Shown here one piece after another: positions 1-11,611 of a stretch of DNA of 64,000 nt (positions are counted from its first letter, which is position 1; each line of letters begins with the position of its first letter). Source of the stretch: Lytechinus variegatus (taxonomy: Eukaryota); assembly GCF_018143015.1 (NCBI RefSeq), contig NC_054741.1, positions 72,164,687 to 72,228,686 of the forward strand, written 5' to 3'. Below the pieces are notes generated by a model that searched no databases, was not told the DNA's origin, and worked only from the letters and a program-made list of their open reading frames with translations. A program made the position numbers and the translations under genes.

Positions 1-290
1 GTTACTGTATGACCAAGACGATTAGGCACAGTTATTGTCTTTGATCCAGGCATTGGTGACAAACCTAAGGAGGTGTACTTCCATGGCCTCACATCTCTTC
101 TGCATGTATAAATCGCATATAGCTTGAACAGCCACTACATATAGGACAGAAAATTAAGACTAAAATATTCAACAGGCATACCTTCCTTCCCATGTCTGGC
201 TTCTGTCATTGGCTACTCTTCATAGGAATGTAAAATCAAGGAAATAGACAGTGTCTTTCTTCACAGGGGAAAGGGGACAAACCACTTATC

Positions 291-568
291 AGTGTTTGAT
301 AGAATACCTTGGTCATATGAGGTGTACCAGGTGCACTGTCTTTCAAAGATTTTATTGATGTAGGTGTGTGTGTTTTTGTTGATTCCATTTGGAAAATCTC
401 AGACATGAGAACCAGACCTGCACAATGAACAGTGTTTGATAGAATACCTTGGTCATATGAGGTGTACCAGGTGCACTGTCTTTCAAAGATTTTATTGATG
501 TAGGTGTGTGTGTTTTTGTTGATTCCATTTGGAAAATCTCAGACATGAGAACCAGACCTGCACAATGA
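291..568. repeat. Tandem duplication, 2 x about 139 bp (unit begins cagtgtttgatagaataccttggtcatatgagg...)
   Basis: The second copy (430-568) is nearly identical to the first (291-429). The ORF 352-603 on the minus strand lies inside this repeat. Confidence 0.85.
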
Positions 569-1755
569 ATTGCATCTTCCTGATCACGTTTTTTGAAATG
601 CAACTATCCTTTATCAACACTGATACTTATGAATACAGGAAATTTTGATCCTTGTTTGACTCTCTTTTTTCACCATTAGTTTGTGATCGTATCAGTTGGG
701 CACCATTACTGTTCGGTTGATATATGCCATGAATTCTTTATATGTTTTGTCATGTTTCTTTTTACTGGAGATATTCTTGTGAGTACCATATTTCCTGTGT
801 GTGCTGTTGTTTCTTGGAGAATTTTTAACCCGTTTGTATTGTGATAATAGGCCTATTTTTCTACCAAGTCTTCAGAAACAAGAGAAAGTATTTGCTGGCT
901 GCTTCTTATATCTGACTTATTCTTGGCAGAATTTATGAGCAAATTGCTGTGCTCAATTGTTTTATCTTTATGAAGTTCTTTCAAAGCTACTGTCCTGAGA
1001 ACATGATCTTTTCTGCTCAGTCAAACAAAAATACCCCAGCGTTCCAGAACCCCTTGTGCATCTGACTGTGGCAAGTCAGATTTAGAATGTTTAGATGTAA
1101 CAGTCGTTGGTATGTTTTGAATAACCACCATTGTCTGATGCTTTTCTTTTTACTATGTTACAATATTTTATTCATTTAGTTATTTACCACTCGTGGGATG
1201 GAACATCCTATCAGCAAATGCTGTTTGTTGTAGGGGTCCATACACAAAAATATAAAGTACAATGTATGCAATCAAACATGTTAATGACAAAAGCACAATG
1301 TCATATGACATAAATCATGAAATATATACAATATTGGTGAAAGAAACAAAGTACTGAATGTGTGATGTAGTATGATAATCCAAATCACAAGAGGGATCCC
1401 AGGAAAGGGTATTCCGTGTATGAATGTAGCTGTGGCATATTTATCTGTAGCTAATGATCGTATCCGTTAGGCACCACTCCTAAAAACAGCCTGTGATTTG
1501 TATTTCGTTACACCAGGTGTCTCACGATGGCCTTTCTTACAGATATTGTAAGACAGAAATTGAAAAAAAAATGGATAACAAAGCTGGGTATATTTGTATA
1601 CTATTCTTGTTTTATATTATTCAAGATTGTTTTGATCTAAATGTATTTGGATGGAATGCATGGTTTTTGTGTGATTTATTTTCCCAATACATAATTGTTC
1701 AAAATGGGATTGTATTTTTGTTAACTTGTATCCAGGGGTTCCCATATCATTGGTG

Positions 1756-1838
1756 CCTCTATCCAGACATATCTCTTGGAGAAGACTAGGCTTGTTCACC
1801 AGGCTGATGGAGAAAGCAACTTTCACATATTCTACCAG
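1756..1838 (+). CDS. Unconventional myosin, motor-domain exon (..[34 protein letters not shown])
   Basis: Acceptor cag at 1753-1755 and donor gtaggg at 1839. The exon encodes the myosin motor motif YLLEK..R......E.N.HIFYQ. Confidence 0.8.
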
Positions 1839-2421
1839 GTAGGGAGTGTGCAGCAATCTCTATTGACTGTTTTGGACGGCTATGCTTCTGTAGGCTATGT
1901 TTCTGTGTGATGGATTCATATTTTCATATTCATGTTTTGTGCTCCTCACACACACATTGCAAAATAGCAACTCTTGTCTATCAATTGTTATAATGCAATA
2001 ACCAATACAGGAAAGAAATCATATTTGTGTGGGTTTCAATATCAATATACTGTATCAGAAACTTTAAACTTAATAAACTTAAAATAATTTTCAAACTTTT
2101 TAAAATTCATGGTCCAACAGGAGAAATATCTTGTGTGTAAGACAGGTTGATTATATGACACTTCTGAGAATAGTCTGGGCTTTGAAATCTATTATTTTGT
2201 GGTTGTACTTTTTTTTTTTTGGGGGGGGGTAGAGTTGTTTGGTTGGGTTACATGTAATGGAATTCTGTATGTTTTCCTTTGCATTAATCTTTCAAAATGC
2301 TTTGCAAAGTCTTTATTTCATTCTTTTTTTTAATATGGAGCAAAATTGATAGATTTGATTGTCTCATCAAGGGGCTTCATTAAGAAATAAATTCACTTTT
2401 CATTTTGTCCTTCCCTTCAAG

Positions 2422-2619
2422 ATCGTGAATGAGGCAACAGAAGAACAGAGGGCAGAATGGGGTCTGACCACACCCACTGGTGATGATGTCATGTTTGCTT
2501 ACCTCCCATTGGATGATGGTATCCAGTCAAGAGCCAATGAGAATCAAGTATTTAGCAGAACCCAGCACGCTATGAAGAATGTAGGCATTACTCATATGCA
2601 CCAAGAAAATATATTTCAG
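2422..2619 (+). CDS. Myosin motor exon (IVNEATEEQRAEWGL...HQENIFQ)
   Basis: In frame with the previous exon at phase 0, between acceptor ttcaag| and donor |gtgaga. It continues into the conserved ILHLGN block of the next exon. Confidence 0.8.
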
Positions 2620-2767
2620 GTGAGAAAACTGAGAGATAGACAGGGAGAAAAAGGGGAAACATCCAAAATATTGAACTTTTTTTATATTCTTTTAAATTGG
2701 AGGAATGGAGTTACTGTGAAAAAGTAAACATGTATAAAGATCAAGAAAAATATTGATTTCAGGTAAA

Positions 2768-2885
2768 ATGAATAAATAAATGAAAGAAAGAAAGAAAGAA
2801 AGGAAGAAAGGAAGGAAGGAAGGAAGGAAGGAAGGAAGGAAGGAAGGAAGGAAGAAAGAAAGAAAGAAAGAGAAAGAAAGAAAGA
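2768..2885. repeat. Microsatellite (GAAA/GGAA)n
   Basis: Long aaag/gaag purine tract. It accounts for spurious ORFs 2682-2903 (-) and 2780-3007 (+). Confidence 0.95.
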
Positions 2886-3000
2886 CAACACATATTGAAA
2901 CAAAATATCAGATATTTACCTTATGTTTTCATTATCTTTTGATTGTTGTATCAGTTGTACTTTTCATGAACTGCAGAGTTAATATGTTTTACTTTGACAG

Positions 3001-3082
3001 GTGTTGAGTGGTATCCTTCATCTTGGCAATCTAGAGTTTACATGTGATGAGGAATTTGATCCTTGTGAATTAGATGAGGAAG
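3001..3082 (+). CDS. Myosin motor exon (VLSGILHLGNLEFTCDEEFDPCELDEE)
   Basis: Carries the conserved myosin ILHLGN.EF motif, between acceptor tttgacag| and donor |gtaaat. Confidence 0.85.
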
Positions 3083-3469
3083 GTAAATGATATTCATATC
3101 CTAGTTTTATCTCCTAAAGCTCATCTACAGATTATACTTAATTTTCAATAAAATGAATTGTATTTGAATAACATCTAATATTGAAATCGTACAAATTTAA
3201 GCATTGGGACTCCTTAACCTTTCATCATCTACTTATTCTGTATGAAAATTTGAATTTTACATTTGTGGATATTTAGTTCCCTCTCGGTAATGTTTTAATT
3301 TGTCTATTTTTCAAAACTTTTAAGAGGCTTTTATGAATGAAATTAAGGGATTGTTGTTATTTTTAAACTTTAGTGACATGATTCAATGGCTGTGTGTGTA
3401 TTTGTTTCTATACAAGGACATTATGAGACAGTGTAAGGTTCTAAAGCTATCATTAAAGGAAACCAAAAC

Positions 3470-3980
3470 CCAAGAAGAGAGGCAATCTTATTGGAAAGAA
3501 GAAAATGAGAGGAACAATTTAAAAAAAGTTTCATCAAAATCGGTTATGAAATAAGCAAGTTATGGACGATTAAAAAGTCTTGTTGTACTTACTATGTGGA
3601 TCCTCAAATTGGCAAACGTGCTTCAAAATGGCTGATTTTGTGGACAACTCTCCATTTGTTTTGTACATATATTTTCAGATTTTCCCCTTTATTTTACATA
3701 TTTCATATTATCTCCTCCTGACCTTGGCATATATGGTGTGGATTATATTTTCCCATGACATATGCTGTGCTCAGAAGGAGGCAAGATGCAATTTGAAAGA
3801 TAATGAGGAAAATCTGAAAATTTGTGTACAAAACAAATGGAGAGTTGTCCACAAAATCAGCCATTTTGTAGCACGTTTGCCAATTTGAGGATGCCCATAG
3901 AAAGTACAACAAGAGTTTTCAAACTCCCATAACTTGCCTTTTTCATAACCGATTTTGATGAAACTTTTTTTTAAATTGTT
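3470..3980. mobile_element. Palindromic MITE-like element in a myosin intron
   Basis: 3480-3700 (..gtttcatcaaaatcggttatgaaataagcaagttatgg...ttggcaaacgtgcttcaaaatggctgattttgtggacaactctccatttg) is the reverse complement of 3830-3965. ORFs 3580-3888 (+) and 3703-3912 (-) encode near-identical peptides. Confidence 0.75.
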
Positions 3981-4431
3981 CCTCTCATTTTACTCTTTTA
4001 AATAAGATTACTTCTCTTCTTGGGTTTTGGTTTCCTTTAATTGAGCAAAGTATAACAATAAAGAATTGGTATGTAGTGTACATATATATATTGGAAAAGC
4101 ACGATGGCTAGTCAGGTATACTGTTACATTGTAAACAATAAGCTTTGTTTAAACAGTATGCAGTTTAAAACAAACGATGTTAAGAGTCCAGGACATTTGA
4201 TGAATTCATATATACAGACATTATTGTTTCATTTGAGATAAGGGGGGGGGGGGGGGATGAAATATGGTTTGTCATAAATATTTATTTTGAAGTCATGATT
4301 AGGAGCTTATGACTGCTTAAAAAGGTTGTAAATTGTTGATCATATTGCTTGCCAGTTACCTTCATTTGTGGTACCTATATGTAGAATTAGGAAAGATTAA
4401 TTTTTAAAAACAAGGCTTTTTATCTTTTCAG

Positions 4432-4618
4432 TGTGCCAGGAATCCCTAGAGCATGCATGTAGACTGCTAGGTCTGGACCCTACCAGTCTGACCACATCTC
4501 TCATCTACCGACGCATCACTGCATCACACAGCAAGCGCCAAAGTGTGTTCATGAAACCATGCTCAGTGGAGGAAGCTGGTGTGAGGAGGGACTGCATGTC
4601 AAAGGTTATCTATGCAAG
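4432..4618 (+). CDS. Myosin motor exon (CQESLEHACRLLGLDPTSL...RDCMSKVIYAR)
   Basis: Matches ORF 4431-4622, between acceptor ttttcag| and donor |gtgagt. The RD.L.K.IY..LF.W motif continues into the next exon. Confidence 0.85.
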
Positions 4619-4805
4619 GTGAGTTGATTTGGTAGGAACGAAGGAGCAGGGAAATATAGAGTTATGACATACAGAGGGCAAAAGACTTGGGTACCCTTTG
4701 CATAGAAATTTGAACTTTGGTTGGGTAGCAAGAAATATTCAATACTTCCCTTTGATTCATGATAAAGTTGATGGTGTTGATGACAATTCTGCTGCTGCAT
4801 TAGTG

Positions 4806-4824
4806 ACATGTGAAAGTGATGAAG

Positions 4825-4855
<31 letters not shown>

Positions 4856-4874
4856 GATGATGGTGATGGTGATG

Positions 4875-4906
<32 letters not shown>

Positions 4907-4915
4907 GATGATGAA
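4806..4915. repeat. Microsatellite (GATGAT/GGTGAT)n, intronic
   Basis: Trinucleotide repeat. It explains the poly-Met/Val ORF 4698-4973. Confidence 0.95.
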
Positions 4916-5008
4916 GTTGATGAAGTTTTTTATAATAACAATGAAATTTGAGTGCCCCGAAAAACATATTTGATTATCTAATATTTCCCTTGCAACTTAC
5001 ATTTACAG

Positions 5009-5198
5009 ACTGTTTGATTGGTTGGTTGCCTTCTTGAACAAGCATACATCAGCCAATCAGTGGCATGCTTTCATAGGTCTCCTGGACATCTATGGGTTCG
5101 AGAGCTTTGCTAGCAACAGTCTTGAGCAGCTCTGTATCAACTATGCCAATGAGAAACTGCAGCAGCACTTTGTGATGCACTTCTTGAGAGCTCAACAG
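5009..5198 (+). CDS. Myosin motor exon ([11 protein letters not shown]...[28 protein letters not shown]...AQQ)
   Basis: Contains the highly conserved myosin switch-II region LDIYGFE and the motif [14 protein letters not shown]. It lies between acceptor tttacag| and donor |gtacag. Confidence 0.92.
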
Positions 5199-5499
5199 GT
5201 ACAGTGGAGGGGGTCCTACAAATTTGCAACTGGGTTGAATGAAAGATTCTCATTAAAAATAGCACCTGGATCACATATATTTGTGCCTTGTACATATTGG
5301 AAAACCTAGCTCTCAAGAAATTTTATGAAATAAGATTTTTTTGAATTGCTATGTGATCTGTTCAGACATAAAGACCCATATTCTTGAAAGTGGTTTCGAT
5401 CGCCTTTTATAAGTTTCATTTGTGTCAAATTATTATTTATATTAACATTGATATCTTTGACACAACCGTAATCGTCTATAATTTTTTTTCTTATTGTAG

Positions 5500-5610
5500 G
5501 AAGAATATGAGAAAGAAGGAATTTCTTGGAATTTCTGTACTTTCAGTGATAACCAACCTTGTCTTCAGACCATTGAGGGCAAGCTCAGTGTGTTCTCTCT
5601 CATGAATGAA
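5500..5610 (+). CDS. Myosin motor exon (EEYEKEGISWNFCTFSDNQPCLQTIEGKLSVFSLMNE)
   Basis: 111 nt at phase 0, between acceptor tgtag| and donor |gtgagt. It carries the conserved myosin EEY..EGI.W motif. Confidence 0.9.
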
Positions 5611-6147
5611 GTGAGTGTATCTAATACATATTTATAAAGGTGGATGCAGCGATATGATCAAGAAACATAATGTTTTGTCTGATTTTCGCCGATGCATGTA
5701 TATTTGCTCTTGGGTAGTCTAATGCAAAGATTTGAATAGCTTCTGACATTTTTTGGGGTGTAAATCTAAAATCTGTCATCAACTTGTTGTCACTGTTTCT
5801 GTAAGATATAATCGCATCATCCAATGTTGAACATATATTGAGAAAAGTACCCATAATTAGAGACATAAGTACAAATATGTTCAGCGCAATATACACATGA
5901 CAAACAACAATGAAGAATACAATAAAAAGTTTCATAAACTTGGCTTGATATATTATATCAGGGTAGTACTGCAATACAGTGTTTCAATATTCCTATTCTT
6001 ATAGTAAAGGATACATGAACATCCATTTTCTTCCGCTTTTCATCTGTCCAACTCCTGTTTAAAGAAACGTTCATGTTACATGCATTGTCTGATAAACATG
6101 ATTTAATGTTTGATAAGTCATAATTTGATGTTTTGTTTCCCGAATAG

Positions 6148-6324
6148 GAATGCAGACTGAACCGCCAATCTGACACGACATCATTTGAGGAGAAACTGTT
6201 AGCAGCTGTAGATAGTCCCTTCTTGACCAAAGCTCCTATGAATCATCCACAATCAGCGTTTACTATCAAACATTATGCTGGATTGGTCACCTATGATATA
6301 CATGGCTTGATAGAAAAGACTAAG
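6148..6324 (+). CDS. Myosin motor exon (ECRLNRQSDTTSFEEKLL...FTIKHYAGLVTYDIHGLIEKTK)
   Basis: Carries the conserved F.I.HYAG.V.Y...GFLEKN-type motif. It is 177 nt and lies between acceptor aatag| and donor |gtaagg. Confidence 0.9.
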
Positions 6325-6812
6325 GTAAGGTACATTTGTTTCCTTAGGATCCATTCATCCAGAATTTATCCTCTGTTAATGATTGTCCCTCTTGTGAACA
6401 GGCATTCATTGATAAAACATCCATAACTGTAATCTTCTTTAAAGCTTGAATTAACAAACGTGGATATCCTTGGGTCCATTGACTAATTTCAATACCAGGG
6501 TTGCAAAATTTATATTTCACAAAGATGGGTTTAGTCAGCCCATGGTTTACATAAGTGATATGACCTTGGATTGTAATAATTATGTCAAATGATACACTTT
6601 AACGAATGGGTTAACTTAACCCAGCTTTGTGAATACAAAACTTGAATACCATTTTGTTAGAGTAAAACCATCGTGATTTTTTGCTATTAAATGGGAGTCA
6701 ACTATCTAATGAATTAGGCTCTTGAACTGCAATGTGTAGCACATGGATGAGTTTAATCGTCAGCTGTGGAAATAAGTTTCAAATAAGAATTTTTGTTTTC
6801 TTTTCATTCTAG

Positions 6813-6905
6813 GATCCGATTCCAATGGAATTGATTGAAGTTTTGATGGAAAGCACAAATCAGTTTGTGACCAAGATCATTCAGCCTGAACAAGAGAGGT
6901 TGCAG
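6813..6905 (+). CDS. Myosin motor exon (DPIPMELIEVLMESTNQFVTKIIQPEQERLQ)
   Basis: 93 nt at phase 0, between acceptor ttctag| and donor |gtaaaa. Confidence 0.8.
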
Positions 6906-7257
6906 GTAAAAAATAATACAATGATAAGATTGATTTAAAAGAACTGAATTTGCTCTCTTTCGCTATATATTCCCATGGTTTTCAGTGATCTCAAACTCAT
7001 GACTGAGACTTCCTTTCTTGCCTATGTAAAATTTACCCAAAAGTCCCTTCTGCAAACAAAGATTGATTTAACCAATTATATAGCAACTATTTACTCTGTC
7101 TTTATGACATGTTATTTCAAAAGATAATATGCAATATGCCAGTTATTTTCTTTCCCCAGAAATGAGATTTCAACATTCAGTAAAATTGGCAGGATTCATT
7201 TTTTTTCCTCTTTAAAATTAGTTTCACGATTTTGTTGCTCTTTTTTTTATTGAACAG

Positions 7258-7317
7258 GAGCTCCAGAGTAAGGGATCCAAATCAAAACTCAGCAAGACTG
7301 TTGTTTCAAGATTCAAG
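7258..7317 (+). CDS. Myosin exon (ELQSKGSKSKLSKTVVSRFK)
   Basis: 60 nt at phase 0, between acceptor gaacag| and donor |gtaata. It links to the conserved ..SL..LM.TL block of the next exon. Confidence 0.7.
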
Positions 7318-7735
7318 GTAATATTGAGTGTAAATATTCTGTTTTACTACAACGACATGGCTTTTGATTTCAATCAGGTTTACAAGGAGTAGCATCTAGT
7401 TACATTTCAATGATATTCTGTTTGCTTTATTAATTTAATAAAATACAGAGATATACATGTGTAATAAATAGTGATAGATGCACGTTGACTGTAGATCACA
7501 TGAAAAGCCAATTTTTACAAGAATGTAGCAACTTTTCTAGACATATATTGAAGAAACTTTGTTGTTGGCATATACATTTAACTCACTCCCGAAATAGATA
7601 GTATTTGATGATAAAGAAAGAAGGAAAAGCAAATCAGTGATCCTTATAAACATCATGGACTGACCATAAGAATTATTGCCTGCTCATTGTTTTGATTTAT
7701 AATTATTTAATTGTGTGCACTTTTCTTAAATTCAG

Positions 7736-7914
7736 GAGTCTTTGGGGAGTCTAATGACCACATTGACCTCTACCACTCCTCACTACATCAGATGCATAAA
7801 ACCCAATTTTCAGTGCCAGCCAGACTTGTTTGACAGTCGTTTTGTTGCCTCTCAGCTGAGAGCTTGTGGTGTCTTGGAAACTGTGGCCATCAGTGCTGCA
7901 GGGTTTCCTTCAAA
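7736..7914 (+). CDS. Myosin motor/converter exon ([24 protein letters not shown]...[20 protein letters not shown])
   Basis: Carries the conserved myosin motifs PHY(I/V)RCIKPN and GVLE..RIS.AGFP. It lies between acceptor ttcag| and donor |gtaagt, at phase 2. Confidence 0.92.
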
Positions 7915-8680
7915 GTAAGTTGGATCTACATCAAAGCCCCGTTTCACAAAAGTTGTTATCCCTGGAAAGTTACGAGATACTGTTGTAATACACCGAATTC
8001 CTTCCATTTGATAGAATGAAAGCAAAGTTCTAAGAATGTTTCCAAAAGCAAGATTTATGTGAATTAGATCCAGAGGCTCTTTTCATAAATATTCTATTTA
8101 ACACACAACTCGTAGCAGAATTTATCCCAAGTCCAAAATGCTTAACTCGATTAATAGAAAGCAAGGATATGTTTGAAATTTCAATGTTGCGATTAACTTT
8201 AACTAGCTCAAGGGCCCCATACCTCAAAGCTTAGCGAATAATTGTAAGGATGATTTTCACAATCAATTGCATTGATCAAGGAACTTGGAAGCAGTCGGGT
8301 GTTTTGTGTAATGGGGGTCAGATGTGTCTGTTATATAGCCTACAAGGGACAGTCTATCTTGAATTTAATGCGAATAGTATAAGAATAATAATGGACCCAA
8401 ATTCTGCCTTGTAAAATTTTCATGCAAATCAGTCTTGAAATATACAGTCTTGCAATGCAGCTGTTGCAATGTCTAGGTTTGGGTTCTGATAAGCTGAATT
8501 TTGAGCATATTCCAAACCTACCCTATGACTTCCATGCAGTATACTTATTCTGCGGGAGGAGAGGGGGACCTCGGGTCATAGGTATGTCTACAGGAGTTTG
8601 AATAAAGCTGAATGTAAAAATAAGGAAACTAAGTTATTTTGAAAGTAGTAATTAACTAAAATGAATTGTCAATTTTTCAG

Positions 8681-8876
8681 GTTATCACATGCAGATTTCT
8701 GTGAGAGATACAGTATCCTCCTTCCCAAGGAGGAGAGGGATGACCTAGGGTCAATACGAGATAGTTGTAGACTCATCTACAAGAGTTTGTTTGGTGATGA
8801 TGATAAGGAGAATCAATCAGATAGTTCATCCACTCAGCAGCTTGGCAAGACAAAGATCTTTCTTAGAGAAGGCCAG
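8681..8876 (+). CDS. Myosin converter/lever exon (KLSHADFCERYSILLP...GKTKIFLREGQ)
   Basis: Matches ORF 8661-8885 and carries the conserved GKTK(I/V)F.R.GQ motif. It lies between acceptor ttttcag| and donor |gtatgt. Confidence 0.9.
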
Positions 8877-9684
8877 GTATGTTAACATGTTCATAGCAAC
8901 ATGTGATTCCTCAAATATTTTTTATTATTAGACTGTCAAAATGATACAGGGTCTATGATGTATGTTTTTATACTGATCTATACTATCTAGCAGAATTGTC
9001 TATAATGACAAACACGGTTTTAAAAGGTAGTAGACATTTTAAAAGGTATATTGACATTAATTTAAGATGAATATTAAGTTCTTGATCACGCTATTATTCA
9101 GCTAGGTTTTCATATATGAACCAGCCTAAAATTGCAAATGGTAACAAGTGACAAATGTGGTATTTCCTGATGAAGAGCAAAATGTCATCCATACTGAGCT
9201 CAATGCATTACTATGATGTGTTGACTAAAGCATTCCTTAGTGTGTCCATGCATGAAAATCAACCCACAAGGAGAGCATACTAACTGAGATATGATTGATA
9301 AGTTGCTGACTCCCTTATGTCATTGTGTTAGATATTGCCTCTACGTGTCCATATTCATTGGGGGTGTCACTTTCTACTGGATGCCTAGTCCATATTACAC
9401 TTAAAAAATCATATACATGTTATGTGATGCAAATCTGACAAACCACAGCAGACGTTTTAAACATGCAATATACTTCATCAATTAACAAGTTTACTATATC
9501 TATTATAGGCACTGTTCATTATGAAAAATGTAATGATAACAATCCATATGATCTGATGTTAATGGGTCTAACTCCTCTCAAGTATGTAAATTCACGTTGT
9601 GATATTATCAAGTAATAATTTACCGATTAAAATGGTGAGTACATAGTTGTCTTAATATCTTTTCCATTTCTTTTTTTTCATCAG

Positions 9685-9814
9685 TTGGAATACCTTGAGA
9701 GTCAACGTATGAAGAAGCTTTCCCAGTGTGCTGCCATAATCCAGAGAGCCTGGAGAGTTTACAGAGCTCTTGTCATAGGGGAGAGGGAATGGGCTGCCTC
9801 AGTTATACAAGCTG
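9685..9814 (+). CDS. Myosin neck exon carrying IQ motifs 1-2 (LEYLESQRMKKLSQCAAIIQRAWRVYRA...AASVIQAG)
   Basis: Contains the IQ consensus patterns IQRAWRVYR and VIQAGYRGWR. It lies between acceptor catcag| and donor |gtagat. Confidence 0.88.
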
Positions 9815-10099
9815 GTAGATTTGAATTTTTAAAGGGTTATATGAACCATACATTCTTATCACAATGGTTATTTTACTGAATAGCAAAACAATACTTTTCC
9901 TCATGAAAACATTTTAGAGTTTCCACACAGATATAATTATAGGCTATCTCACAACATATATTTTAAGACCAATTATTTATAATCCGCTGTAAATGATACA
10001 CCACACAGGTTTTTTGTCAATTTGCTCCCCCTTTACATAAAGTGGCTCATATTACGGAGATCATTTGGTGTACCATGATTTCATCCTTATTATGAAAGT

Positions 10100-10520
10100 G
10101 GGTTGGTTAGTCTGACGAGGGTTGAGGTTAGTCTGTTAGTTGAGAGGGTTTGTATCCACTTTGTCTAGCAGCAGTTGGTCCAATTGCATTATTTCCTAAA
10201 AATGCATGGCTTAAACCAATGGGTCTACTTACAAATTGGTCTAACATATAATCGGTCTATTGTTATTCTCACTTGGTCTATTTTCCAATTTGTATAAAAA
10301 CCAAGTTCTCTCAATTGTCTCTTTGTCTAATTCTCAAATGAAAATTTGATATATTATCAGTTTGTCACAAGCGATAGAGGCAGTGGTGTTTCGCCAAGTA
10401 GACATTAGATGAAGTGAGAATTACCAAATGGTTTAATAGTAGACAAACTGGTTGTAGACGAACTAGAATAGCCTATATGGGATGAGATCAAACGGGGTAA
10501 TAGATAAGTACGATTAGACC
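10100..10520. mobile_element. Palindromic MITE of the ggtctaa/ttagacc family, in a myosin intron
   Basis: The left half is rich in ttggtcta/ggtctaa and the right half in tagacc/ttagac in inverted orientation. It belongs to the same family as 58620-59530. Confidence 0.65.
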
Positions 10521-10573
10521 GTCAGAGCTCATTCCAGTACATTCTTCTTGTAATCCTTGATTCCTACTTTCAG

Positions 10574-10761
10574 GGTATCGAGGTTGGAGGGTACGTAATG
10601 CCATCAAGATCATGGATCATGCAGCGAGAGTGATACAACATGCCATGTTGGACTACCTGTTCAGAAAGAGGCAGGAGAGACTTGATGCCTCTATCTATGA
10701 AGATGATTATGAAGAAGAGCAGGATGTGGAGGACATGGGAGAAGTCGAGGATGATGAGAAG
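10574..10761 (+). CDS. Myosin neck/tail exon (YRGWRVRNAIKIMDHAARVIQHAMLDYLFRKRQERL...acidic stretch...EK)
   Basis: Carries the third IQ motif (ARVIQHA..DYLFRKR) followed by the acidic run YEDDYEEEQDVEDMGEVEDDEK. It lies between acceptor tttcag| and donor |gtatga. Confidence 0.85.
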
Positions 10762-11611
10762 GTATGATATGTATCAATGACAAGTGACAGATGAGCTACT
10801 GAAATGATGCAATTATTGGATTGACCTAGCGTATTGTAGCATATTTTCATTCTAAACAGTTTAATGAAACGGGACTGAGGATCATATCTGTGGCCACTTT
10901 GCAGACACAGATGCAATCAAATTCCCCCCCCAAAAAAAAAAACAATCAAATTTTGATAATCAGAGACAAACATTCAAGGCTTTCATATTATTTTTTAGTT
11001 GCATTTCTGCGATGTGCCCACAAAAAAAATTGGAGAAAGAAAGAAAGCAAGTGATTGAAATAATCTGAAAAAGTTTTAATTTAGCAAAATATTTATGGAC
11101 ATGAAAGTGATACTAATCCCCCTCAGAATTACACTCCATTTCAATAGTGGCATAATCAACTTTTTTTGATGTACACCTTCAACACTTTTCTGAAAACTGT
11201 ACGTTATGGTAAACAAAAATAAATGTTAGCATATTTTTGTTGTAATATTTACCTCTACCCTTTCTCCTGAAAGAAAGCAAATTATCATATGAATGGTTTG
11301 CAAGTCCTGCTGCTTTTGTCTTTTACTCATTGTGTACTCATTGTGTCCTTCCTTCACAAATCTATGTCCTTCCTGCAAATTGATTAAAAGTGGAATGTGT
11401 ATTTGTTAAATAAAGAAATTGATACTGTTTTATACTTTTGTTCATTAATGTTGATTTAAAGTGTTATATTGAGAGTATTTTTGTAACACAAAAGCCTCCA
11501 GCCAATGAGAAGTATTCAACACCGTGAAAAATTTGTGAACTCATTCAGGCAAATTTTAGTACGTTTTGGTCTCTCTAATAAATGTTCAATTTTTGACATT
11601 TGGTATTCCAG

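Noticed and set aside
1-1755. Search for additional upstream myosin motor exons (P-loop GESGAGKT, NSSRFGK) in the first 1.7 kb
   Set aside because: I could not find a frame encoding these conserved motifs with plausible splice sites, so the exons are presumably upstream of the window. No feature was called.
2682-3007. ORFs 2682-2903 (-) and 2780-3007 (+) encoding FLPSFLPS... and KERKKERKKGRKEGRK...
   Set aside because: These are translations of the (GAAA/GGAA)n microsatellite inside a myosin intron. They have no start or splice context and arise purely from composition.
3580-3912. Pair of ORFs on opposite strands encoding near-identical peptides (MLYLLCGSSNWQTCFKMADFVDNSPFVLY / MLYFLWASSNWQTCYKMADFVDNSPFVLY)
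   Set aside because: This mirror-image coding potential is produced by the palindromic arms of a MITE. It is typical of inverted repeats and not a protein-coding gene.
4698-4973. ORF with long poly-Met/Val run (MMMMVMMMM...)
   Set aside because: This is the translation of the (GATGAT/GGTGAT)n trinucleotide repeat in an intron.
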